In this document: positions 56,186-64,000 of the stretch, piece by piece | How positions within the stretch are numbered: the first letter of the stretch is position 1 | How the letters are laid out: the number at the start of each line of letters is the position of its first letter | NCBI GenBank assembly: GCA_963770835.1 | Contig: CAVYRH010000004.1 | Coordinates: forward strand, 128,001 to 192,000 | Source: an uncultured Pseudomonadota bacterium | GTDB lineage: Bacteria > Oederibacteriota > Muellerivitia > Muellerivitales > Muellerivitaceae | Direction of reading: 5' to 3' | DNA length: 64,000 nucleotides | Translations under genes and position numbers: made by a program | The notes under the pieces: generated by a model | The model's input: the letters and a program-made list of their open reading frames with translations, nothing else | Databases searched by the model: none | What the model was told of the DNA's origin: nothing

Positions 56186-58165
56186 ATGGGAATCGAAGCG
56201 TTCCAATATAAGTCCCTGATCCAGTTCGACTGGATTTGGCTCATCCTTGCCGCTCCCCTCCTGGGGGCGGTTGTGAACGGTGCTTTGACCCTTTTCGCAG
56301 CGGGCCGCAAAACCAACATCGCCCATGGGTTTTACGCCACGGTTGGCTGTGGGGGGGCCTTCCTTTCTTTTATCGCCTCCTGGCTAACCTTCCTTCATTT
56401 TAAGGAGCTACCCGCCGGCAGCGTTTTGACCCAGGAATTGTTCGATTGGATCGAGGCGGGGGCCTTCCACACGAAGATGAGTTTCGAACTGGACGCCCTC
56501 TCCATAAGTATGGTGGTGTTCATTACCTTCGTTTCAAGCCTTATCCATCTTTATTCTGTGGGGTACATGAAGGACGATCCAGGTTTCGGCCGGTATTTCA
56601 CTTACCTGAATATTTTCCTCTTTTCCATGCTGGTCTTGGTGATGGCCCAAAATCTTCTCGTGCTCTTTTTGGGATGGGAAGGCGTGGGGTTTTGTTCCTA
56701 TCTTTTGATCGGTTTTTGGTTCGACGATGCCGCGAAGGCCAACGCGGGCAAGAAAGCCATCATCGTCAACCGCATCGGGGACGCGGGCTTCCTGGCCGGC
56801 CTACTGATCCTCTTCGCGCTGGCGGGGACCTTCAATTTCAACGAACTGCAAATGGGGAAGCACGCTTTCACTGAGCTTTCCGCCACGGTGATCTGCCTTT
56901 GTTTCTTCTTCGGCGCGGCGGGCAAGTCGGCCCAGATCCCCCTTTACGTCTGGCTGCCGGACGCCATGGCGGGCCCCACGCCGGTATCGGCCCTCATCCA
57001 CGCCGCCACCATGGTGACGGCGGGTATTTACCTGGTGGCGCGCCTCAATTTCCTCTTCGTCCTGGCGCCCTGGGCCTCCATGGTGGTGGCGGTTATCGGC
57101 GTTTTAACTGCCCTCTTCGCGGCCACCCTAGCCCTGGCCCAAAACGACATCAAAAAGGTTTTGGCTTACTCCACCATTTCCCAACTGGGGTTCATGTTCT
57201 TGGGGGCGGGGGTCAGCGCCTACGGCGCCGGACTCTTTCATCTCATCACCCACGGGTTTTTCAAGGCTTGCCTCTTCCTGGCGGCAGGCTCGGTCATTCA
57301 CGTTTTGAAGGGAGAGCAGGACATCCGCAAGATGGGCGGGCTGCTGAAACATATCCCGTTGACGAGCATCTCCTTCTTCCTTGGTTGGGCCGCCATTACG
57401 GGCGTCCTGCCTTTTTGCGGGGGATTTTTCAGCAAGGACGAAATCCTCTGGCGGGCCCTGGCAACCCCCAACCCGGTCATTCCCTTTTTGCCGGAAGCGC
57501 TTTATTTCACCGCCCTTTTCACCGCCTTCCTGACGGCTTTTTACATGACCCGCCTTTTCGTGACGGTTTTCTTCGGGGAATACCGGGGGGACCGCGAAAT
57601 CTTCGAACACCTGCACGATTCACCGAAGGTCATGACGGTGCCGATGCTGCTTTTGGGAGTGGGTTCCATCGTCGTCGGCTGGATCGGAGTGCCCGAGGCC
57701 ATCGGCGGGGGAAATTCCCTGGGTAAGTTCGTGGAACCGATTTTCCATCTTTCCACCCTGGAGGCCAACAACATCTCCCCGAAATTGGAGCCGCTTTTGA
57801 TGCTGCTTTCCTTCTTAGTGGCGGGCTTGGGGGTCCTGGCCGCCTGGTATGTCTATGGGTGGAAGCACAACATCAGCCCGGTTCTTTTAAAGTTGATTCC
57901 TGGCGGTAAGAAGGCCGTCGAGAAAAAATATTATGTGGATGAGATTTACGAAGTGTTGGTGGTGCGTGCGGTTAAGGGGTTTGCCCATTGGGTCTCCGAC
58001 AGGCTGGTGGAACAAATCCTCATCAACCGGGTACTGGATGTAATCACCCAAGGGGTTTACGCGGTCGCGAAGTTATTGAGGAAAACCCAAGTGGGCCTGG
58101 TGCGGGTTTACTTGGCCTACGTCGTGGCGGGCGCCGCACTGTTGATTTATCTCTTACTTCATTAA
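56186..58165 (+). CDS. nuoL: NADH-quinone oxidoreductase subunit L
   Basis: 'GKSAQIPLYVWLPDAMAGPTPVSALIHAATMV'. Confidence 0.97.
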   Translation: MGIEAFQYKSLIQFDWIWLILAAPLLGAVVNGALTLFAAGRKTNIAHGFYATVGCGGAFLSFIASWLTFLHFKELPAGSVLTQELFDWIEAGAFHTKMSFELDALSISMVVFITFVSSLIHLYSVGYMKDDPGFGRYFTYLNIFLFSMLVLVMAQNLLVLFLGWEGVGFCSYLLIGFWFDDAAKANAGKKAIIVNRIGDAGFLAGLLILFALAGTFNFNELQMGKHAFTELSATVICLCFFFGAAGKSAQIPLYVWLPDAMAGPTPVSALIHAATMVTAGIYLVARLNFLFVLAPWASMVVAVIGVLTALFAATLALAQNDIKKVLAYSTISQLGFMFLGAGVSAYGAGLFHLITHGFFKACLFLAAGSVIHVLKGEQDIRKMGGLLKHIPLTSISFFLGWAAITGVLPFCGGFFSKDEILWRALATPNPVIPFLPEALYFTALFTAFLTAFYMTRLFVTVFFGEYRGDREIFEHLHDSPKVMTVPMLLLGVGSIVVGWIGVPEAIGGGNSLGKFVEPIFHLSTLEANNISPKLEPLLMLLSFLVAGLGVLAAWYVYGWKHNISPVLLKLIPGGKKAVEKKYYVDEIYEVLVVRAVKGFAHWVSDRLVEQILINRVLDVITQGVYAVAKLLRKTQVGLVRVYLAYVVAGAALLIYLLLH

Positions 58166-58180
58166 GGCAGCTCTTAGAAG

Positions 58181-58225
58181 TTTTAGCTGTTAGCCAAAAA
58201 CTAACAGCTAAAAGCCAAAAGCTGA
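58181..58225. repeat. Heptamer-periodic inverted repeat between nuoL and nuoM
   Basis: ttttagctgttag / ctaacag-ctaaaag-ccaaaag-ctga. Confidence 0.65.
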
Positions 58226-58243
58226 TTTAAAAAGAGGTTTATT

Positions 58244-59827
58244 TTGATCCTATCCATTCTCATAGGTCTTCCCGTGCTGGGAGCGGTGTTGGCGGCGCTT
58301 TTTCCCCAAGAAAAGGCCACCAAGACCATTTCCCTCCTGGCTTCCCTCACCACCTTCGTATTTTCCCTCCTGCTTTACGTTCGCTTCGACGCGGCGGATG
58401 GGGGGTTTCAGTTCCAGGAACTCATCCCGCTGGTCCCCCGGCTTTCCATCAATTACAGCCTGGGCCTGGACGGTTTATCCCTTTGGCTCATTCTCCTCGC
58501 CACTTTCCTCACGCCACTTGTGGTTCTGGGAAGCTTTGGAATGATTAGGAAAAATGTCAGGGGATATTACGCCTGCCTGCTTTTGCTGGAGGCTTCCGTC
58601 ATCGGAACCCTGGAGGCCACGGACCTGTTCCTTTTTTATATTTTCTGGGAGCTCATGTTGATTCCAGCTTTCTTCCTGATCGGCGTCTGGGGCGGGCCCA
58701 ACCGCGTGAAGGGAACGGTGAAATTCATCCTTTTCACCATGGCGGGGTCGCTTCTGATGCTGGTGGCGCTCATTTATGTGACCCACGAAGTGAAAAGCTT
58801 TGATTACGCCAAGGTCTTCGAGCACGCCTTCCCGGAAGACGTTCAATTCTGGTGCTTCCTGGCCTTTGCGATGGCTTTTCTCATTAAAATCCCCCTCTTT
58901 CCTTTCCACGGCTGGCTCCCGGACGCCTACACGGAGGCGCCTGCGGGCGGTACAGTGATGCTTTCCGCAGTGCTGGTCAAGCTGGGGGCCTACGGCCTCT
59001 TGCGTTTCTGTATCCCGCTTTTTCCCGACGCAGCCAAGGCCTTCGCCCCCTGGATCATGGTGCTGGCCGCGGCCGGAGTGGTGCATGGGGCCTTCATGGC
59101 CATCCTTCAAACCGATTTCAAACGGTTGATGGCTTATTCCTCCCTCTCCCATATGGGGTTGATCACGCTGGGGATTTTCACTTTTTCGCTCACGGGTCTC
59201 GAGGGCGGCATGATCCAGATGGTCGGCCACGGGGTTTACATGGGGGGGCTTTTCCTTTTAATTGGGATGCTTTATCAACGCCGGGAATCGCACGAGATGG
59301 ATGCCTACGGCGGGGTCGCGAAGGGGGCGCCGCTCCTGGCGGCGGCATTCCTTTGGATGATTCTTTCATCAGCCGGCCTGCCCGGCTTTGCGGGTTTCGT
59401 GGGTGAAATCCTGATTTTGACTTCCGCCTACAAGGTTTGGGCCCTGCCGGCCCTCGTCGCCATCACGGGTTTTGTCCTCTCGGCTTGGTACCTCTTCAAT
59501 TTGTACGGGAAAGTGTTTTTTGGACCGGATAAAGCCCACCGCCAAGACGCCAAGGCGCCAAGTAAGACAGATCCTGAAAACAAAGAACAAACCCAGAAGT
59601 TTAAGGATCTGTCACTGTCAGAAGGTTTGGCGCTATTGCCGCTGGTTTTGGCCGCCCTTTGGATCGGTCTGAACGCCAATTTTTTCCTGGCACCCATAGA
59701 AAAGACCCTTCAAATGAAAGTTATTGAAAAGTTGAAACCACCGCCACCCATGATGGATTTCGCCGCCGAGCAGCGACGCCTCCAAGAAGAAATGGACAAC
59801 GGCAACAAGAAGCATCCGAAGCGTTAA
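58244..59827 (+). CDS. nuoM: NADH-quinone oxidoreductase subunit M
   Basis: 'FYIFWE', 'KIPLFPFHGWLPDAYTEAP', 'GFVGE'. Confidence 0.96.
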   Translation: MILSILIGLPVLGAVLAALFPQEKATKTISLLASLTTFVFSLLLYVRFDAADGGFQFQELIPLVPRLSINYSLGLDGLSLWLILLATFLTPLVVLGSFGMIRKNVRGYYACLLLLEASVIGTLEATDLFLFYIFWELMLIPAFFLIGVWGGPNRVKGTVKFILFTMAGSLLMLVALIYVTHEVKSFDYAKVFEHAFPEDVQFWCFLAFAMAFLIKIPLFPFHGWLPDAYTEAPAGGTVMLSAVLVKLGAYGLLRFCIPLFPDAAKAFAPWIMVLAAAGVVHGAFMAILQTDFKRLMAYSSLSHMGLITLGIFTFSLTGLEGGMIQMVGHGVYMGGLFLLIGMLYQRRESHEMDAYGGVAKGAPLLAAAFLWMILSSAGLPGFAGFVGEILILTSAYKVWALPALVAITGFVLSAWYLFNLYGKVFFGPDKAHRQDAKAPSKTDPENKEQTQKFKDLSLSEGLALLPLVLAALWIGLNANFFLAPIEKTLQMKVIEKLKPPPPMMDFAAEQRRLQEEMDNGNKKHPKR

Positions 59828-59851
59828 ACACGGAGCCGGTAAAGTTATTCC

Positions 59852-61309
59852 GTGACTCAAGATTTTCCGAGGTTTAAGTTGGGCCCATTACCGAACGAAT
59901 TAACCCCGCTCCTGCCCCTGTGGATCGTCGTGGCGGGGGCGCTTGCGATCCTTCTGCTGGAAGCCCTCTTGCACGAGGAAGGGCGCAAGGCGGCGCCCGT
60001 TTTGGCCGGAACCGCCCTGGTGCTTTCACTGGGGAGTGTCTTTCACCTGCTTTCCTTGCGGGGAATGCCCGGGCCTCTTTTTCACGGCGCGGTGGTCGTG
60101 GATTTGTATTCCCTAACCCTCCAGGGAATTTGCCTGTTGTCGGCCCTTTTGACCTGCGTTTTTTCCGCTTCTTATTTGAAGCGGGAAAAGGCCGTGACCG
60201 GCGAATATTACGCCCTTCTTCTTTTGGCCGTGGCGGGCATGTTCACCTTGGTCCTCGCCGCCGATTTCCTGACCTTTTTCGTGGGTCTGGAACTCATGTC
60301 CCTGGCCGCTTACGTTTTGGCGGGATACCTGCGGGTCCAGGAACGCTCGACCGAGGCGGCCTTGAAATATTTCATGCTAGGAGTTTTCGCCTCCGGATTT
60401 CTTCTTTACGGTGTCGCCCTAATTTACGGGGCCTCTGGGACCATTCATTTTTCGGACTTGAGGCATTTCTTGGAACAAGGGCATACTTCCTCCCTTTTCG
60501 TGGATTTAGGTGTGGGGTTTCTTTTGGTGGGTTTGGGATTCAAGGTCGCCTTGGTCCCTTTTCACGGTTGGGCGCCGGATGTTTACGACGGGGCCCCAGC
60601 CCCCGTATCGGCTTTTCTTTCGACGGGTGTTAAAACCGCAGCCTTCGGCGCGTTTGCCCGCCTTTTCGCGGAGGCATTCGGCTTGCCGGGAACCTGGGTT
60701 CCGGTTTTCGCGGTCCTGGCCATTCTCACCATGACCCTGGGCAACCTGGGGGCCCTGGCCCAGGAAAGCGTCAAGCGTATGCTCGCCTATTCCAGCGTCG
60801 CCCATGCCGGGTACCTTATGGTGGGGCTTGCCACCGTATCCCTCGCCCCGGCGGATGACCTGGAACGGGCGGTGGCTTTTTACCTTTTGGCTTACACCCT
60901 CATGACCGCGGGGGCTTTTGGCTGGATCGCCTGGGCATCCGGAAAGGGCGAGGCGGGAACGGGGCTCGAAGATTACCGGGGTTTGGGCCTGAAATGCCCT
61001 TGGATGGGGTTGATGATGGCGCTTTTCATGTTTTCCCTGGCCGGCATGACACCCACCGCCGGCTTCTTCGGAAAATACTACCTTTTCAAATTGGCGGTGG
61101 ACCACGGTTTGATCGGATTGGCCCTCATCGCGGTTTTGAACAGCTTTCTCTCGGCTTATTACTACCTGCGAGTGGTCGTGTTCCTCTACATGAAACCCTC
61201 AAAGGAAGGGGTTGGCTCCGTCCCATTCGTCCCCTGGGATCTTCGCCTCGCCTTTTTTCTTTGCGGTTTGGGTGTGCTGGCCGCGGGGTTTTTCAAATTT
61301 CCTTTTTAA
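59852..61309 (+). CDS. nuoN: NADH-quinone oxidoreductase subunit N
   Basis: 'EAALKYF', 'GFKVALVPFHGWAPDVYDGAP', 'KRMLAYSSVAHAGY'. Confidence 0.96.
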   Translation: MTQDFPRFKLGPLPNELTPLLPLWIVVAGALAILLLEALLHEEGRKAAPVLAGTALVLSLGSVFHLLSLRGMPGPLFHGAVVVDLYSLTLQGICLLSALLTCVFSASYLKREKAVTGEYYALLLLAVAGMFTLVLAADFLTFFVGLELMSLAAYVLAGYLRVQERSTEAALKYFMLGVFASGFLLYGVALIYGASGTIHFSDLRHFLEQGHTSSLFVDLGVGFLLVGLGFKVALVPFHGWAPDVYDGAPAPVSAFLSTGVKTAAFGAFARLFAEAFGLPGTWVPVFAVLAILTMTLGNLGALAQESVKRMLAYSSVAHAGYLMVGLATVSLAPADDLERAVAFYLLAYTLMTAGAFGWIAWASGKGEAGTGLEDYRGLGLKCPWMGLMMALFMFSLAGMTPTAGFFGKYYLFKLAVDHGLIGLALIAVLNSFLSAYYYLRVVVFLYMKPSKEGVGSVPFVPWDLRLAFFLCGLGVLAAGFFKFPF

Positions 61310-61331
61310 ACGGGAAAGGGATGGCCACTCC

Positions 61332-61634
61332 ATGAAAGTTATCGCCGATTTGTGCGTCGTGCCCTTAGGGGTCGGCGTCTCGGTATCGGAATACGTAGCG
61401 GCTTGCGAGAAGGTTTTAAAAGAAGCGGGACTGAAAACCCAACTGCACGCTTACGGAACCAATATCGAAGGGGAGTGGGATCAAGTGTTCGCGGCCATCA
61501 AACGTTGCCATGAGGTTGTTCACCGAATGGGCGCGCCCCGCATCTCCACGGTCCTGAAATTCGGCACTCGCACTGACCGCAAACAGACCATGGATGAAAA
61601 AGTAAAAAGCGTCAAAAACCGCCTGAAAAAATAA
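61332..61634 (+). CDS. MTH1187 family (thiamine-binding/YkoF-like) protein
   Basis: 'VVPLGVGVSVSEYVA', 'HAYGTNIEGEWD', 'GAPRI...RTD'. Confidence 0.9.
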   Translation: MKVIADLCVVPLGVGVSVSEYVAACEKVLKEAGLKTQLHAYGTNIEGEWDQVFAAIKRCHEVVHRMGAPRISTVLKFGTRTDRKQTMDEKVKSVKNRLKK

Positions 61635-61740
61635 GTTCCGTCCCTTCCGTCTTAAAGATGACTACCACGTGGAAATTTTAGGTACAATTGGATTGGGTCG
61701 GGCCTCCCCTGCGGGAAGGCCTTTAGGAAGGGGTGGGTTG

Positions 61741-62202
61741 ATGCGTAAAATCTCGGGAAATGATCGCGGATTTACACTGATTGAACTCATGATCGTGGTG
61801 GCCATCATCGGTATTTTGGCGGCTATCGCCATTCCCCGTTTCGCCCAGATGCTGGAAAAGGGCCGGGAAGGCGACACCAAAGGCAACTTGAACAGCATCC
61901 ATTCGGCGGCTTCCATTTATTACGGGGATCAAAGGGGCATATGGCCCACAACCCTGAGCACCCTTTCAATTTACGACTTCAGCCAATACCTGGACAATGT
62001 GGCCCCGGTCAAGGTCACGGGCAGTTTCGTGATGGGCGCCCTGAGCCCCAGCGGAGGGTTGATTACTATGACCACCCAGTCTTCTGTTCCTACGGGCAGC
62101 GGTACCGGTTGGCTTTACGACAGTACAAACGGCGAAATCTACGTCAATAGCACGGTAACTGATTCCAAAGGGCTTCCCTATTCTTATTACGGTTTCGAAT
62201 AA
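61741..62202 (+). CDS. Type IV pilin / GspG-like pseudopilin
   Basis: 'RG|FTLIELMIVVAIIGILAAIAIP'; 'IYYGDQRGIWP'. Confidence 0.92.
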   Translation: MRKISGNDRGFTLIELMIVVAIIGILAAIAIPRFAQMLEKGREGDTKGNLNSIHSAASIYYGDQRGIWPTTLSTLSIYDFSQYLDNVAPVKVTGSFVMGALSPSGGLITMTTQSSVPTGSGTGWLYDSTNGEIYVNSTVTDSKGLPYSYYGFE

Positions 62203-62547
62203 AAGTCCGGACAACCTTTTGATTCTTCCGTCGTTTTCTCCACGGCACGTGAGGCCTCAGCTTCCAGGCAAATATGCGAATCCCAAAGATGTTTGAAAAA
62301 TACCCGAGAGTGTAAGTTTTTCATTCCATTTTCTTAAAAACGATTTCCTCCCTCCCGAATTCTTTCGACAAAATTCAAGTTTCACGTTTCTGTTCCCCAT
62401 GATTTTCGGAATAAAAATTGCATTTTAAAACCGTGATTCAACGCGCCTTGCGGAAAATCTCTGTGACATTCGTCATTATGAAAAATGCTGATTTATTCGA
62501 AACTCTTAACCACTTGAGCGATTATCCCCGTAGCCAGGAACGATTCA

Positions 62548-64000
62548 ATGTCTGGGAATCCAAATTTAACTTCGCCACCGGTTATTTCCATCCACAGGGA
62601 ATATCCATTCCCCTTTGGAAAGGCAATATTGGCTGCGGCGTTCCTTATTGGACTCGTCGTGGTTTGGACTTATGGCATGGCCCATGGCCGCAATTCAACT
62701 CTCCGGCCCGCCTTCAGTATGAGGGATGGAACTGTTCTCATCCCCGAATCCGAGCGGCCCTTGGATTTCTGTGTCATCGGGGTTGATCCAAGCCGGAGCC
62801 TATTTTGTTTTTTGCCTTTCCTTCAGCAAGAGGCGCTGATGCCTCCTTCCCGGTTCCAGGAAATCCACCGTCAATTGTACTGGCTTAATTTTGAGATATC
62901 CCACGGGCGGCTCCTGAACGCCCTTCCCCGCAGTACGCAAATCTACGTGGCCCTGCCGGACCCGAAAAGCGTGAAAGAAGCGGACGGAACCGAAGAAGGG
63001 CTTTTCCGGGGTTACTTGAAGGCCCACTGTGGATGGACGGAAGCAGACATCCAGGGGCGCATCCATTTCTTTAAGACGCCCGTTCCCATCGTTTGGGCCC
63101 AGGATATCGGCAAAATCCTCGGCCACGACGCCCAAGGCCGGTGGATCATTTCCCGCGGTTCTAATGACCAACGCGGTTATGGGGAATCCGTGGGTGCCCT
63201 TTGCCAGGCTTATCCTAACCTTTTCACTTTTCGCGACTTGCCTGCGGGAGTCAGCGCCGAAGGGGGGGACGAGGACCTGGTCCGTACCCCCGACGGAAAC
63301 CTGGCGATGTTGGTGGGGCGCCACCGGGCGCGCAATTACCTAGAATGGGCCGGCGGGCGGTCCTTGAACGCCCAGGTTTTAAGCCAGGACGATCTCCTCA
63401 AGGCGGAAGACCTTTTTTCAGGAGCCTTCGAAGGCGTGCCGGCAATTTTTATTCCCAGCCGGGCCCTGGAAAACCCAGCGCTTGGCAACAATGAGCTGTT
63501 CCACCTGGATATGTCGGTCGTTGTTCTCTCCGTGGGAGGAAAGACCCATGCCTTCGTGCCCTCTTATATCGATCATCCGATCGACCGTGTGACCGGCCAG
63601 CCCTTGGACCCCGCCTTCGTGAAAAGCCTGCAGGACGAATACGACCTGATGGCCTCCGAGCTGACTTCCTTAGGTTATCCAGTCGACCGTCTGGCAATTA
63701 CGGACCATCCCGTTCGCAGTCCGGCCAATTTGGTGAGATATTACGATCCCACAACCGGGCACTGCACGGTTCTTTTGGCGAGATATCCCTACAATTTTTC
63801 CGGTTCCGGGGGGTTCGTGCCCCAGGAAAGGGTTATGGACAGCTTTAAGGATTTAAGGGAAAAGGGTGAGGCTTGGGAGAAAGCCTCCAACGAATACAAC
63901 TTCCTGCAATTGCGCCGGTCCATTGAAGTTGCCTGGCAAACTATGGATGGGGCGGGCTCCCAAAGCGATCCCTTTTTCGAAAAGAACCGAGAACTTTTCC
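62548..64000 (+). CDS. Membrane-anchored pentein (amidinotransferase/agmatine or peptidylarginine deiminase-like) protein, 3' partial
   Basis: Manually translated frame open from ATG 62548 to the window end: TM 'AILAAAFLIGLVVVW', motifs 'WAQD', 'EGGD', 'FHLDM', 'SPAN'; absent from the ORF track because it has no stop. Confidence 0.7.
   Translation, partial: MSGNPNLTSPPVISIHREYPFPFGKAILAAAFLIGLVVVWTYGMAHGRNSTLRPAFSMRDGTVLIPESERPLDFCVIGVDPSRSLFCFLPFLQQEALMPPSRFQEIHRQLYWLNFEISHGRLLNALPRSTQIYVALPDPKSVKEADGTEEGLFRGYLKAHCGWTEADIQGRIHFFKTPVPIVWAQDIGKILGHDAQGRWIISRGSNDQRGYGESVGALCQAYPNLFTFRDLPAGVSAEGGDEDLVRTPDGNLAMLVGRHRARNYLEWAGGRSLNAQVLSQDDLLKAEDLFSGAFEGVPAIFIPSRALENPALGNNELFHLDMSVVVLSVGGKTHAFVPSYIDHPIDRVTGQPLDPAFVKSLQDEYDLMASELTSLGYPVDRLAITDHPVRSPANLVRYYDPTTGHCTVLLARYPYNFSGSGGFVPQERVMDSFKDLREKGEAWEKASNEYNFLQLRRSIEVAWQTMDGAGSQSDPFFEKNRELF

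Noticed and set aside
62418..62786. 122-aa ORF in the track
   Set aside because: Overlaps the longer motif-bearing frame starting at 62548; no recognisable features
1..64000. rRNA, tRNA, tmRNA, prophage or integrase genes
   Set aside because: No signatures recognised by eye; tRNAscan-SE and cmscan would be needed to exclude them formally

Overview
Chromosomal segment of a GC-rich diderm bacterium; an uncultured lineage such as FCPU426/Elusimicrobiota/FCB-like is my inference from gene content, not established. Left to right: a GT-C/TPR membrane protein, a TPR protein, a MauE/rhodanese pair, a candidate ~150-nt structured RNA, an AI-2E transporter, AKR, NUDIX and NYN genes. Next is a divergent SOS locus: lexA - catalytically degenerate Y1/RAYT transposase-fold gene - SplB-like radical SAM with SxxxCxxC, opposite radC plus two small paralogs, with a tandem GWATAC-N4-GTATWC palindrome between lexA and radC. 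Then fabI, Dabb, xth and a sterol desaturase. A 16-kb surface locus follows: three minor-pilin-like genes (one 1243 aa), a 2414-aa protein with ~18 FN3 repeats and a T9SS/FlgD-type C-terminal domain, and a PorV-like barrel fused to three FN3 domains. After it come phhB, a class III cyclase, DedA, a NitT/TauT ABC pair, DUF1259, an esterase, YfhO, gndA and a PorT-like barrel. A nuoA-N operon has two Rex/CRP-like boxes upstream, a frameshifted nuoD and a DUF4431-like gene inside it. The window ends with an MTH1187 gene, a pilin, and a pentein-family ORF missed by the ORF track. At least 11 heptamer-periodic repeat elements and several MITE/REP-like palindromes sit mostly at gene junctions. No rRNA, tRNA, CRISPR or intact transposase was seen. 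All family assignments are by-eye motif recognition, not database searches.
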